Shown one piece after another: positions 1-9,645 of a DNA stretch of 20,000 bases. Numbering within the stretch: position 1 is the stretch's first letter; each line of letters begins with the position of its first letter. The stretch is from IMG/VR virus record IMGVR_UViG_2645727884_000004, positions 59,196 to 79,195 of that record; one strand, 5' to 3'. The translations under genes were made by a program, and so were the position numbers. This DNA is from an uncultured virus (IMG/VR IMGVR_UViG_2645727884_000004). Lineage: Duplodnaviria > Heunggongvirae > Uroviricota > Caudoviricetes. The notes under the pieces were generated by a model. That model saw only the letters and a list, made by a program, of their open reading frames with translations. It ran no database searches and was not told the DNA's origin.

Positions 1-1
1 C

Positions 2-199
2 GAGGTCCGGGTGGCGATTCAGGACATCCTGAAAAAAGGGCAGTCGGTGCGCAAGGGAGACCGCCAGGTCGACCGCGCGCAACTGGCGAGTCTGCGCGTT
101 CTGGAGCAGCAGTACGCCGAAGCCGCAGCCCTGGAGGCGGCTACGAACAACCGGCGCTCGCGCCAGGTTCGCCTCTACAGCGGAGGCAAGGGGATCTGA
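2..199 (+). CDS. gpW-like head-tail joining / head completion protein (probably 5'-truncated by the window)
   Basis: Frame is open from position 2 (EVRVAIQDILKKGQSVRKGDRQVDRAQLASLR...). Small basic helical protein directly upstream of the portal; TGA/ATG overlap at 197-201. Matches the position of lambda gpW. Confidence 0.7.
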   Translation, partial: EVRVAIQDILKKGQSVRKGDRQVDRAQLASLRVLEQQYAEAAALEAATNNRRSRQVRLYSGGKGI

Positions 200-1665
200 T
201 GGCTACCCGATACCGAATCACGTCGAAGCGCATTCGCAACAGCTACGAGGGCGCTGGCACCGGACGCCGCGCCGCTGGCTGGGACGCGCCCGAGGCGGCG
301 CTGAATGCGGTAGCCATTCCGGCATTGCCGACCCTGCGCAAGCGCTCGCGAGCGGCGGTGAGGAATGACCCCTACGCCGCGAGCGCGATCAGCAAGCGCG
401 TCAGCAACCTGATCGGCACCGGCATTACGCCGCGCGCACGTCTGGACGACGCGGTGCTGCGCGAGGCGTTGAACCTGCTGTGGGAGGACTGGGTAGACGA
501 GTCGGACGCGGATGACCGTACCGATTTCTACGGCCTGCAGATGATCATCGCGCGGATGGTCGAGGAAGCGGGCGAGTGCTTCGTGAGGCGCCGTAACCGG
601 CGGCCGGAGGACGGCCTGGCGGTCCCACTGCAACTGCAGGTGCTACCGCCTGACTTCGTCCCGGTGGATCGCAATTTCACGACCCGCAGCGGCAACGTGG
701 TGCGCGCGGGAATCGAGTTCGATGCCATCGGCCGCCGGATTGCCTACTGGATGTGGCAGAGCCATCCCGGCGATCCGGCAGCGCCCCGGCGCGGCTACAA
801 CCAGCTCAACCGCATCCCGGCGGACCAGGTGCTGCACATCTTCGAGCCGCTGGAGGGTGGCCAGTTGCGCGGTGTGCCGCGCTTGTCGCCGGTTCTCCTG
901 CGGCTGAAGTCGCTGGATAACTACGACGACGCGGTGCTGTTCAGGCAGGAAGTCTCCAACCTGTTCGCCGGCTTCATCACCAGGCCTCGACAGGATGGGG
1001 CGCCGATCTTCGATCCGTCGACCGGGCTGGCACCTGCGCAGGATCGCGACGGGACGCCGATGGTCGGCCTGGAGCCGGGGACCATGCAGGAACTGTTGGA
1101 AGGGGAGGAGGTGGTTTTCTCCGACCCGCCGGACGCCGGTAACACCTACGTCGACTTCATGCGACAGCAACTGATGGCAGCGGCGGTCGGTGTCGACCTG
1201 CCGTATGAGCTACTCACCGGCGACATGGGCGATATCAGCGACCGCACCTTGCGGGTGCTGCTCAACGAGTTTCGGCGCCGGATCGAACAGGTTCAATTCA
1301 GCGTGTACGTCTACCAGCTCTGCCGCCCGGTGCGCGCGTGGTGGCTGGATACCGCGTACCTCAGCGGAGCAGTCGACCTGCCGGACTATCCGGCGCGGCG
1401 ACGTGAGTTCCTGCGCACGCGTTGGATCCCGCAGGGCTGGGCCTACATCCATCCGGTGCAGGACGTCCAGGGCAAGCTGCTGGAGATCGGCGGAGGCCTC
1501 GCCAGCCGGAGCGAGCATGCGCTACGCACCGGATACGACGCCGAGGTGATCGACCGGGAGAACGCCCAGGACAACGCCCGGGCCGAGAGCCTGAACCTGC
1601 ACTACACCACCGACACCGGGCAACCGGTGAGAGACCAAGGGGACACCCATGAAGAAACGCAATGA
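199..1665 (+). CDS. Phage portal protein, lambda gpB family
   Basis: 488 aa; YEGAGTGRR, LRKRSRAAVRNDPYA, GQLRGVPRL, PYELLTGD and PQGWAYIHPVQDVQ segments are typical of lambda-type portals; SD GGAGG upstream; synteny. Confidence 0.93.
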   Translation: MATRYRITSKRIRNSYEGAGTGRRAAGWDAPEAALNAVAIPALPTLRKRSRAAVRNDPYAASAISKRVSNLIGTGITPRARLDDAVLREALNLLWEDWVDESDADDRTDFYGLQMIIARMVEEAGECFVRRRNRRPEDGLAVPLQLQVLPPDFVPVDRNFTTRSGNVVRAGIEFDAIGRRIAYWMWQSHPGDPAAPRRGYNQLNRIPADQVLHIFEPLEGGQLRGVPRLSPVLLRLKSLDNYDDAVLFRQEVSNLFAGFITRPRQDGAPIFDPSTGLAPAQDRDGTPMVGLEPGTMQELLEGEEVVFSDPPDAGNTYVDFMRQQLMAAAVGVDLPYELLTGDMGDISDRTLRVLLNEFRRRIEQVQFSVYVYQLCRPVRAWWLDTAYLSGAVDLPDYPARRREFLRTRWIPQGWAYIHPVQDVQGKLLEIGGGLASRSEHALRTGYDAEVIDRENAQDNARAESLNLHYTTDTGQPVRDQGDTHEETQ

Positions 1666-2821
1666 ACAGCCCCTGGCGCTGGCCGCCCTGTGGGCGTTGC
1701 TGGGCGTAGGCACGCTCGCCGATCCGCGCATCCAGAACAAGGCGCAGGGCGCGCCGGATCTGCAGGCCGAGCACTGGTACAGCGTCAAGGCGCTGAGCGC
1801 TGAGGGTGCCGGCTCGGTCGCCTCCATCGAGATCTATATCTACGGCGAAATCGGCTTTTGGGGCATCACCTCCGCGGATTTCATCCGCGACCTGAAAGCA
1901 GTCGACGACGGCACCTCTCCGGTACTGGTTCACTTCGACACCATCGGCGGCGACCTCTTCGACGGCATCGCCATCCACAACGCGCTCCGGGCCCTGGGCG
2001 AACGCTGCACCGCCCGGATCGACGGGGCCTGCTTCAGCGCGGGCAGTGTCGCGGCCTGCGGCGCGCACCGGGTCGAAATGGCCGACAACGCGCTGTTCAT
2101 GATCCACAACCCCTGGACCTTCGCGGCAGGCGACAGCGAAGACCTGCGCAAGGTCGCCGACATGATGGACCAGGCGTTCGAGGGCATCGTGGCGAGCTAC
2201 CAGCATCGGCCGCTGAATGTCGACGACGCCGAACTGCGCCGGATGATCGACGACGAAACCTGGCTCACCGCGCCCGAGGCGAAGGACAAGGGGTTCGTGG
2301 ACGAGGTGCTCGGCGCGGCCGAGCCGGTCGGCGTGAATGCACGCCTGGGCAAGGTGCTGAATCGCTATCGCAACACGCCTGACGCGGCGCGCCGGCTGCT
2401 GGCCAGCCAGGAGCCAGCGGGTGACCTCCCCCCGACGTCGGCCGAACTGGCTGCGGAGCTGACGGCGGACTGCGCCCAGGCCGGTCTGGCCGACTGCGCG
2501 GCGTATCTGATCAAGGCCTCGGGCCTGAAGGATCGCGAGACTGTGCGCGGGGCCTTGGACCGGGCGAAGGCCGTCCGGTCGGTATGCCTCGTCGCGAAAA
2601 TGCCCAATGAGGCCAAGGCGCTCATCGAGGAGGGCCTGGATGCCGACGGCGCCCGTCTGCGGCTGTACGACAAGATCGTAGCGCGCAGCACCCAGGTGGA
2701 GATCGACAACCGCGTGCCGACGGACGATCTGCCGCAGAACAAGGCTTACCAACCCCCGGCGCCGAGCGACGTGTACGCGAAGCGCCGGCTCAATGCCTCG
2801 AAAGGAGGAAAGCAAGCATGA
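1649..2821 (+). CDS. ClpP-type prohead maturation protease with C-terminal scaffold region
   Basis: IYIYGEIGFWGIT, GGDLFDGIAIHNAL, CFSAGS (putative catalytic Ser), MIHNPW (His), ETWLTAPEAKDKGFVDEV; Ala-rich helical C-terminus; lies between portal and decoration gene; SD AAGGGGA. Confidence 0.9.
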   Translation: MKKRNEQPLALAALWALLGVGTLADPRIQNKAQGAPDLQAEHWYSVKALSAEGAGSVASIEIYIYGEIGFWGITSADFIRDLKAVDDGTSPVLVHFDTIGGDLFDGIAIHNALRALGERCTARIDGACFSAGSVAACGAHRVEMADNALFMIHNPWTFAAGDSEDLRKVADMMDQAFEGIVASYQHRPLNVDDAELRRMIDDETWLTAPEAKDKGFVDEVLGAAEPVGVNARLGKVLNRYRNTPDAARRLLASQEPAGDLPPTSAELAAELTADCAQAGLADCAAYLIKASGLKDRETVRGALDRAKAVRSVCLVAKMPNEAKALIEEGLDADGARLRLYDKIVARSTQVEIDNRVPTDDLPQNKAYQPPAPSDVYAKRRLNASKGGKQA

Positions 2822-3453
2822 CCATCAAGACCGAAGGCGTTCACGCCGGAGAGTTCCTCCTGTCGGAGGCCAACGGCTCGCGCAGCCGCGAAAACATCGT
2901 CATCACCGCCGGCTCCGGCCGGCTGGTGGCGGGTACCTTGATCGCCCCCATCACCGCCGCCAATGCGCTGACCGCAACCGCGGCGGCAGGGAACACCGGC
3001 GACGGCACCGTCGGTGCCACCGTGGTGACCAGCGCCGCCATCAGCGGCACCTACGTGCTGGAAATCACCGAGGCCGGAGCCAATGGCGGCAAGTTCGAGG
3101 TGGTCGACCCGCAGGGACGCCAGGTGGGCACTGGTCAAGTCGGCCAGGCGTTCACCGGCGGCGGAATCGGCTTCACCCTTTCCGACGGGGCCACCGACTT
3201 CGTGGTGGGTGATCGCTTCACCCTGCAGGTGTTGGCAGGGCTCGGCGAGTGGACGCCCTACGACGACGACGGTGCCGATGACGGCCGTCGCGCGGCTGGC
3301 GGCATTCTGTTCGGTCCAGTGGACGCCACGGATGCCGACGTCAAGGCGGTGGCCGTAGTCCGTGATGCCGAAGTGATCGCCAGCCTGCTGACCGGCCTGG
3401 ATGCCGCCGGTGAGGCCGACCTCAAGGCGCTGGGCCTCATCCTTCGCACCTGA
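2818..3453 (+). CDS. Head decoration protein (gpD/HDPD-like) with internal insertion domain
   Basis: GEFLLSEANGSRSRENI N-terminus and DGRRAAGGILF..VDAT...VVRDAEV C-terminus resemble HDPD proteins; SD AAGGAGG; ATGA overlap; lies before the major capsid gene. Confidence 0.8.
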   Translation: MTIKTEGVHAGEFLLSEANGSRSRENIVITAGSGRLVAGTLIAPITAANALTATAAAGNTGDGTVGATVVTSAAISGTYVLEITEAGANGGKFEVVDPQGRQVGTGQVGQAFTGGGIGFTLSDGATDFVVGDRFTLQVLAGLGEWTPYDDDGADDGRRAAGGILFGPVDATDADVKAVAVVRDAEVIASLLTGLDAAGEADLKALGLILRT

Positions 3454-3478
3454 CCCTCCTCCGTCCCTCAACCACCTC

Positions 3479-3502
3479 AAGCCCCGCCTGCGCGGGGTTT
3501 TT
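3479..3502 (+). terminator. Intrinsic terminator-like hairpin before the major capsid gene
   Basis: AAGCCCCGC-CTGC-GCGGGGTTT followed by TTCATTT. Confidence 0.7.
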
Positions 3503-3520
3503 CATTTCTGGAGTATCCAC

Positions 3521-4519
3521 ATGGCTGAAATCAGCATTTTCGAAGATGAGGCGTTCTCGGTGGAGGCGCTGCTGGCGGTGATCAACACCGATCACCCGGT
3601 GCCGGGGCAACTCGCCGCGCTGGGCCTGTTCGAGGAACAGGGTGTGTCCTCGCTGGTGGTGCAGATCGAAAAAGACGGCACCACGCTGCAACTGGTGGAG
3701 GCGAAAGCCCGCGGCGGCGTAGGCCAGGTCGTGACCGGTGACAAGCGTCAACTGGTCCCCTTCAACACCGTTCACCTGCCGCAGACGTTCCAGATCCTCG
3801 CCGATGAAATCCAGGGCATCCGTGCGGTGGGTAGCCGGACCGAGCTGCAGTCCGCCGAGGCGGTCGTGGCCAAGCGCCTGGAAAAAGCGCGCCGCCAGTT
3901 GGACCTGACCCACGAGTATCAGCGCATCGGCGCCATCAAGGGCAAGATTCTTGATGCCGACGGTTCGACGGTACTGCTGGATATCTACCAGGCCTTCGGA
4001 CTGAGGAAGCCCAAGCCGCGATCGCTCGAACTGGGTAACCCCGAGGGTGATCTGAGCGGCATTCTTGCCGACCTACTCGACGAGCAGGACGACGCGCTGG
4101 GCAACGTCACCAGCACCGGTTCGCGAGCGTTCTGTGGCAAGAACTTCTGGGCCAAGTTCATCGATCACCCCAAAGTGCGCGGCACTTACCTGAACACTCT
4201 GCAGGCGGCGCAACTGCGGGGTGACCGTCGCCAGTCGTTCGAGTTCGGCGGCGTGGTCTGGGAGCGCTATCGCGGCAAGCATGACGGGGAGCCGTTCGTG
4301 GACGATGGCAGTGCCCAACTGGTCCCGGAGGGGGTTCCGGACCTGTTCATCAGCGCCTTTGCGCCGGCGGACTACATGGAGGTCGTCAACACCGAAGGCC
4401 TGCCGTACTACGCCAAGCTTGAGCGTCTGCCCTTCGACAAAGGCGTGGCTGGGGAAGCGCAATCGAACCCGCTGCACCTGTGCACTCGCCCGTTGGCGGT
4501 GCGCGAACTGACCCTCTGA
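3521..4519 (+). CDS. Major capsid protein, lambda gpE family
   Basis: Likely start is ATG 3521 (MAEISIFEDEAFS) after SD GGAG; 332 aa; LGLFEEQG, THEYQRIGAIKGKILDADG, FAPADYMEVVNTEGLPYYAK and EAQSNPLHLCTRP motifs typical of the Phage_cap_E family. Confidence 0.92.
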   Translation: MAEISIFEDEAFSVEALLAVINTDHPVPGQLAALGLFEEQGVSSLVVQIEKDGTTLQLVEAKARGGVGQVVTGDKRQLVPFNTVHLPQTFQILADEIQGIRAVGSRTELQSAEAVVAKRLEKARRQLDLTHEYQRIGAIKGKILDADGSTVLLDIYQAFGLRKPKPRSLELGNPEGDLSGILADLLDEQDDALGNVTSTGSRAFCGKNFWAKFIDHPKVRGTYLNTLQAAQLRGDRRQSFEFGGVVWERYRGKHDGEPFVDDGSAQLVPEGVPDLFISAFAPADYMEVVNTEGLPYYAKLERLPFDKGVAGEAQSNPLHLCTRPLAVRELTL

Positions 4520-4521
4520 CC

Positions 4522-4833
4522 GTGGCGGGTTTCTCTGAACTGGTCGCCGACATGGACGAGATCATCGCCGACGTCCTCGGCGATGGTGAGTTTGGCTACC
4601 TGGACCGCTCTGGCCGGCAGGTCGGCAATGCTGCGGTGATCGTTGAGGAAGGTGTTGAGCGCATGGAGGCCGGCGCCCTGGATCGCTACCGGACCATTGC
4701 GTGCCGCAAGGCCGAGTTGCAGCCCCTTGATCGCAAGGGAGCTTTCCTCGATTCCGATGGCCAGGTCTGGCGCATCGACGGCATCCATGCCGACGACGGC
4801 GACTGGATCACTTTCTACGTGGTGCCCGAATGA
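4522..4833 (+). CDS. Putative head-tail joining (head closure, gpFII-like) protein
   Basis: GTG start 2 nt after the capsid stop; 103 aa, acidic, C-terminal WRIDGIHADDGDW; synteny. Confidence 0.6.
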   Translation: MAGFSELVADMDEIIADVLGDGEFGYLDRSGRQVGNAAVIVEEGVERMEAGALDRYRTIACRKAELQPLDRKGAFLDSDGQVWRIDGIHADDGDWITFYVVPE

Positions 4834-5267
4834 GCGATGTGATCAATGTACAGGCCGCGGTCATCGGCCAGTTGCTGGACCTGCTCGCCGCGGTTCCGGT
4901 GTTCGGCGATACCGTCCGTGAGGACTGGGTGGCCGGGGTGCTCGACGCCGAAGACAGCGACGAGCCCGAACGGCTGATCATCCTGCAGGAAGGGGACACC
5001 GTGGAACGAGACCGGTCGCCGGGCAGTGTCGTGGAGGAGTGGACCGTGAACATCGTCCCGATGGCGCGCGGCAGGGACGCCGCCCAGGCGTTGCGCGAGG
5101 CGCGCCTGGCGATCAAGCGGGTGCTCAAGGGCCACAAGGCCGGGCTGACGGTGCCCGGCCTGGTGCGTGTCGATTTTCCGGCATCCGCTGTGCGCCTGCC
5201 CGAGCCCGGCCGGCGCTGGGCCTATCGAGCCATCCCTCTGCAGGTCAGCTACTCGCAGCAGTTGTAA
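4830..5267 (+). CDS. Putative tail terminator / tail completion protein (gpU-like)
   Basis: 145 aa, ATGA-coupled to the previous gene; size, C-terminal beta strand (IPLQVSY) and position before the tail tube gene fit. Confidence 0.55.
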   Translation: MSDVINVQAAVIGQLLDLLAAVPVFGDTVREDWVAGVLDAEDSDEPERLIILQEGDTVERDRSPGSVVEEWTVNIVPMARGRDAAQALREARLAIKRVLKGHKAGLTVPGLVRVDFPASAVRLPEPGRRWAYRAIPLQVSYSQQL

Positions 5268-5277
5268 CCCATCCACC

Positions 5278-5305
5278 AGGCCGCCTCCGGGCGGCCTCTT
5301 CATTT
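5278..5305 (+). terminator. Hairpin with weak U-tract (weak terminator or processing stem)
   Basis: AGGCCGCC-TCCG-GGCGGCCT followed by CTTCATTT. Confidence 0.5.
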
Positions 5306-5317
5306 CCGGAGGGCTCC

Positions 5318-5521
5318 ATGCCCGAGATCATCGTTACCAGGCCGTTCAACTACCGCGAGGGGCTCGACGCGACCCACTACCCGGCGTCGAAGGGCGCCAT
5401 CAGCGTTACCGCCGCCGTAGCTGCCCATGCCCTGGGCAAGGGCTACGCCACCGATGCCAAGGCCAAGGCGCCGCCGATTCCGGCAGCCTCCGCCGAACCG
5501 ACCGGTGGCGACCACAAGTAA
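5318..5521 (+). CDS. Small hypothetical phage protein (67 aa)
   Basis: SD GGAGG upstream of ATG 5318; MPEIIVTRPFNYREGLDATHYPASKG...; fills the gap before the tail tube gene with host-like codons. Confidence 0.7.
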   Translation: MPEIIVTRPFNYREGLDATHYPASKGAISVTAAVAAHALGKGYATDAKAKAPPIPAASAEPTGGDHK

Positions 5522-5548
5522 CCCACCCGAACCCATCAGGAGAGCCCC

Positions 5549-6301
5549 ATGCTCCAGACCATCGACCGCTCGTTCATCGGCGAGGGCATCATCCATGCCC
5601 GCCTGTACGGGTCGCAGGAACCGTTCCTGCCGCTCGGCAACTGCGACACCTTCAACATCAGCTTCGCCACCGACCGCAAGACGCTGCCCAACTACATGGG
5701 AGGCGGCGGCAACAGTAACGTCCGCGAGCGCGTCACCGACGTGACGTCCTCCATCGGTATGTTCGACCTGACTGCCGAGAATGTCGCCCTGGTGACGCGC
5801 TCCACCATCCAGGTGGCGCCCACCGCCGCAATCACCGACGAGGCGCATACCTCTCAGGGGGTTGCGCTGGAGTTGATCCCGTTCAAGTACCTGCCGGACC
5901 TGACCAAGCCCGTGACGGTCAAGACCGCAGGGGACGTCGAGGTGGCCCCGGGCACGGACTACCTGCTGGTACCCCACGGCATCCAGGTGCTGAGCGGCGG
6001 CAAGATCGATGCAACCGGCATCAAGGTCAGCTACACACCGCGCCCGAGCCGGGCGGTGCATATGCTCAACGGCTCGCAGAAGGAACTGGAGCTGTTCATC
6101 GCTGGCCTGAACGACGCGCAGTCGGGCGAGCCGTTCGCGCTGCGCCCTCGCCGCGTCAAGTTCGGCCTCCTGCAGGAGCTGGCGGTGTTGGGCCAGGAAT
6201 ACGCCAAGCTCACCGGCCCAGCGGAACTGCTCGCAGATTCGCGCGTGACCGCGACCGACATTTCCAAGTTCTGCCAGATGGATCTCGCGCAGGCGGCCTG
6301 A
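5549..6301 (+). CDS. Major tail (tube) protein
   Basis: 250 aa, [27 protein letters not shown] and [14 protein letters not shown] pattern typical of siphophage tail tubes; immediately precedes the tape measure gene. Confidence 0.75.
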   Translation: MLQTIDRSFIGEGIIHARLYGSQEPFLPLGNCDTFNISFATDRKTLPNYMGGGGNSNVRERVTDVTSSIGMFDLTAENVALVTRSTIQVAPTAAITDEAHTSQGVALELIPFKYLPDLTKPVTVKTAGDVEVAPGTDYLLVPHGIQVLSGGKIDATGIKVSYTPRPSRAVHMLNGSQKELELFIAGLNDAQSGEPFALRPRRVKFGLLQELAVLGQEYAKLTGPAELLADSRVTATDISKFCQMDLAQAA

Positions 6302-6331
6302 TCGCCGAGCCAGGGATGGCCCCATGACCAC

Positions 6332-6358
6332 AGCCCGCCGTTTGGCGGGCTTTTTTTT
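6332..6358 (+). terminator. Strong intrinsic terminator after the tail tube gene
   Basis: AGCCCGCC-GTTT-GGCGGGC followed by T8 (6351-6358). Confidence 0.85.
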
Positions 6359-6372
6359 GCCAGAGGATTGCC

Positions 6373-9300
6373 ATGGCGAACCCAATGCAGCGCCTGATCC
6401 AGTTCGTTCTTCGCGGCCGGGACGAACTGTCGCCCGCCGCCCAGCAGTCGACCGAGGCGCTGGAAGGGCTGCGCACCACGGCGGCGAACCTGAACCGGCA
6501 GTTGGACGATGCGAAGGGGGCTCGCGGCCTGGTGACCGCGCTCGGAACTACCGAGCGCGCCATTGCGCAGACGCAGACGTCGGTGCAGCGGGTGGACCGT
6601 ACCATTGCGGACCTGCGCGAGGCGTTGGACCGCAACCCCGGGAGCCGGGGCCTGGCCGTGTCCCTGCAGATCGCGGAGCGGGACGCAGCGGGTCTGCGTC
6701 GGACCCTTGACCAACTGACCGCTCGGCACGCTGAGCAGCAACGTGCGGCGCGGGCGGCGGGCGTGGATACCGGCCAGCTTGCCACCGAGGAGCGGCGGCT
6801 GGCGTCGGTGGTCGACAACACCCGCGAGAGCATCGCGCAGAACAGCCGCGAGATCCGCGAGCTGGAACGTGCGCAGATGCGAGCGGCGCGGGAGGCTGCT
6901 GGCCACACCTCGCGCGTGACGGCGCTGCGCGAGGCCATGTCGTCCGGTGTTCGCCAGGCAGCCGCTTACGCCGCGGCCTTCGTCGGCATCCAGGCGGCGC
7001 TGAACCTGTTGCGCAGTGGAATCGGCCTGGTGCGTGATGGCATCGTCTCGATGCTGACCACCGGCGACCAGTTCGAGAACCTGCAGAATCGGCTCACGTC
7101 GCTGATGGGCTCGGTTGCCGAGGGTGAGCGGGCAACCGCCTGGATCAAGACCTTTGCCAAGGACACGCCGCTTCAGTTGAGCGACGTCGCCGACGCCTTC
7201 GCGCTGCTGAAGGCCTACGGCCTGGACCCGATGGATGGGTCGCTGAAAGCGATCGAGGACCAGTCGGAGAAGCTGGGCGGCGGCATGGAGCGCCTGGAGG
7301 GCATCACGACAGCAGTCGGTCAGGCCTGGGCGAAGCAGAAGCTGCAGACCGAGGAGATCCTGCAGTTGGTCGAGCGTGGCGTGCCGGCGTGGGACATGCT
7401 GGCCAAGGTCACCGGCAAGAATGCCGCGCAGCTGGAGGATCTGGCGAGCAAGGGCAAGCTTGGCCGGGACGTCATCAAGGCGCTGGTCGACGAAATGGGG
7501 CGCAGCTCCGAAGGGGCCGCTGCGAAGGCCATGAGCACCCTGACCGGTCTGGTCAGCAACCTCGGCGACACTGCGGCCGACTTTCTCAACCGCATTGCCA
7601 ACGCCGGCGCGCTGGACCACGTCAAGAACAAGCTGAAGGAACTGGGCGATACCATTGCGCAGATGGACCAGGACGGGCGCCTCGACACGCTGGCCAAGGG
7701 GCTGTCGGATGCCTTCGTCCAGGGCTCGGAATGGGTCGAGCGCTTCATCAAGCGCCTGGCCGACGTCGATTTCGGCACCCTGATCGACAAGACCTCGGCC
7801 TGGCTTAGCAGCTTCAGCACCCAGCTGGACGACATGGCCTCGCGGGTGCAACTGTTCATCGCGCCGTTCCGGACGTTGTTCAACGGTGTCACCTCGGGCA
7901 TCAGCGCTATCGCCCTGGCCTGGACCGGCACCCTGTCGCTGATGGTCGCCGGCATCGAGAAGGTGGCGGAGAAGATCCCGGCGGCGCTGGGTGGGGAGCG
8001 CATCCGCAGTTCCGTCGCCGGCGTCCACGACTTGCTCAGCAGCATGAGCGAGGGTTTCCGCCAGCAGATCCAGCAGGACGCGCAGGATATCGCGGATGCC
8101 TGGAACACCAGCACCACGGCTACCGCCTCCGCCGCACAGCAGCAGAGCCAGGCGATCACCGACACCTTCACCGACCTGAAGGCGGGTGCGAAGAACGCGG
8201 CCGCCGAGTCGGTGCAGGCGGTGACCAGCCTGCAGAATGCCCTGGACCAGATCAGCGCGGCCAAGACCACCGAGCAACTGACCGCCCTGCAGGGGGAAAT
8301 GCTCAAGGCCTACCAGGCCGGCACGCTGAGCCAGCAGGAGTATGCGAACGGCGCCGGTGTCCTCAACGCGAAGCTGACCGAACTGAAGTCGACCGCCGGC
8401 GGCGCCGCCCTGGGGGTGTCTGACCTCAGTACCGGCCTGGAGAACTTGAAGCAGGTCCAGGACGCGATCAGCAGCGCGAAGACCACGGTCGATATCCAGA
8501 ACATCCGGACGGCGCTGGGCCGGCTGTACAACGACGGCACGATCAGCGCGCGGGAGTTCAACCAGGAACAGACCAAGCTGTCCGCCAAGGTCAAGGAACT
8601 GAAGGCGGCCGGCGAGGAGGGCGCCAAGGGTATGCAGGCGGTCGCGGAGTCCTCGGACAAGGCGGCCAAATCGCTCTCGGACCAGCGCAAGGCCATTGGC
8701 GAATCGATGGAGGCGACCCGCAAGGGAGTAGCGTCGACGAAGGACGACATGGGCGCCTTCGAAGGGTTCTTCGGTGGGGTGTTGAGCACCGCGCGGCAGG
8801 GCGTTGCGCAGTTGAGCCAGGAAGCGCTGAACGCCTTCGACGCGATGCGTGGGATCTCCACCGTCGATCTCAGCATCGACACCAGCAGCCTGGACGCCAC
8901 GTCGCGCTCGCTGGCCAAGGTCAGCGAGCAACTGGCCCGGATCAAGGCCGAGTCGGGTGTGGGCATGAGCGGTTTCGGGCGCTGGGCGATGGATACCCAG
9001 CGAGCCAGCCTGGAGATCCAGGCGGCGTACCTGGAGCAGAAGCGCAGCCTGCAGAGCCTGATGGACGACTACGAGCGCGGGACCATGAAGCTGGGCGACT
9101 TCGTGTCGGCGGCCAAGGGCGCTCGAAATGGCCTCAGCCTGCTGAACGATTCGGATATGCGGCAACTGGAGAGCGCAATCGAGGCGGCCAATCAGAAGAT
9201 CCAGCAGCTCAAGGAAGGCTCGAAGTCGACGCTGGTCAGCCTGCGCGAGGAACTGGCGGGGCTGCGCGGCGAGCAGGAAGCCGTGGATCGCAGCCGGTTC

Positions 9301-9645
9301 AACAGCCGTAAGGCTGAGTTGCAGCAGCAACTGGCCGAGGCCCAGGGCAGCGGCGACATGAACGCGGTACAGAACCTGATGACGGCGCTGGCCACCCTGC
9401 AGCAGATCCAGGCCGAGACGGATGCCAAGCGGCAGCGAGAGGAGCAGCAGAAGCGGGTGGACGAGCAGAACGCCGCCAAGGCCGCGGCGGCGCCGCCTGC
9501 CTCGCCGCCGGCTTCGAGTCCTCCGCCCCGGGTCGTTCGTTTCGAGACGGCGCGGGGAGCCGTTGACGTGGCGGTGGCCAGCGAACAGGACGAAACCAAC
9601 CTGCTCGGCGTGCTCGAGCAGGCCAGCATGAGGACCGGCCGATGA
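6373..9645 (+). CDS. Tail tape measure protein
   Basis: 1090 aa, Ala/Gln/Leu-rich coiled coil; tape-measure domain signature [14 protein letters not shown]...FAKDTPLQL...[33 protein letters not shown]. Confidence 0.93.
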   Translation: MANPMQRLIQFVLRGRDELSPAAQQSTEALEGLRTTAANLNRQLDDAKGARGLVTALGTTERAIAQTQTSVQRVDRTIADLREALDRNPGSRGLAVSLQIAERDAAGLRRTLDQLTARHAEQQRAARAAGVDTGQLATEERRLASVVDNTRESIAQNSREIRELERAQMRAAREAAGHTSRVTALREAMSSGVRQAAAYAAAFVGIQAALNLLRSGIGLVRDGIVSMLTTGDQFENLQNRLTSLMGSVAEGERATAWIKTFAKDTPLQLSDVADAFALLKAYGLDPMDGSLKAIEDQSEKLGGGMERLEGITTAVGQAWAKQKLQTEEILQLVERGVPAWDMLAKVTGKNAAQLEDLASKGKLGRDVIKALVDEMGRSSEGAAAKAMSTLTGLVSNLGDTAADFLNRIANAGALDHVKNKLKELGDTIAQMDQDGRLDTLAKGLSDAFVQGSEWVERFIKRLADVDFGTLIDKTSAWLSSFSTQLDDMASRVQLFIAPFRTLFNGVTSGISAIALAWTGTLSLMVAGIEKVAEKIPAALGGERIRSSVAGVHDLLSSMSEGFRQQIQQDAQDIADAWNTSTTATASAAQQQSQAITDTFTDLKAGAKNAAAESVQAVTSLQNALDQISAAKTTEQLTALQGEMLKAYQAGTLSQQEYANGAGVLNAKLTELKSTAGGAALGVSDLSTGLENLKQVQDAISSAKTTVDIQNIRTALGRLYNDGTISAREFNQEQTKLSAKVKELKAAGEEGAKGMQAVAESSDKAAKSLSDQRKAIGESMEATRKGVASTKDDMGAFEGFFGGVLSTARQGVAQLSQEALNAFDAMRGISTVDLSIDTSSLDATSRSLAKVSEQLARIKAESGVGMSGFGRWAMDTQRASLEIQAAYLEQKRSLQSLMDDYERGTMKLGDFVSAAKGARNGLSLLNDSDMRQLESAIEAANQKIQQLKEGSKSTLVSLREELAGLRGEQEAVDRSRFNSRKAELQQQLAEAQGSGDMNAVQNLMTALATLQQIQAETDAKRQREEQQKRVDEQNAAKAAAAPPASPPASSPPPRVVRFETARGAVDVAVASEQDETNLLGVLEQASMRTGR

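Noticed and set aside
3401..3520. Upstream ORF-track starts for the capsid (3401) and likewise 4480, 5039, 14416, 15402, 17228, 17562, 17708 and 18129
   Set aside because: These extensions overlap preceding genes or terminators; downstream starts with SD or stop-start coupling are better supported.
6324..6710. 128-aa + ORF crossing the T8 run; possible frameshift or phase-variable fusion to the tape measure gene, or a TAC remnant
   Set aside because: Arg/Pro/Gly-rich off-frame composition; the T8 run is explained as the terminator U-tract; the tape measure gene has its own SD and ATG.
6031..9330. 1099-aa minus-strand ORF antisense to the tape measure gene (also the 484-aa ORF at 1361-2815 and the 621-aa ORF at 9882-11747)
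   Set aside because: Shadow ORFs expected from high-GC codon bias on the sense strand; no SD or recognisable motifs; they fully overlap convincing + strand genes.
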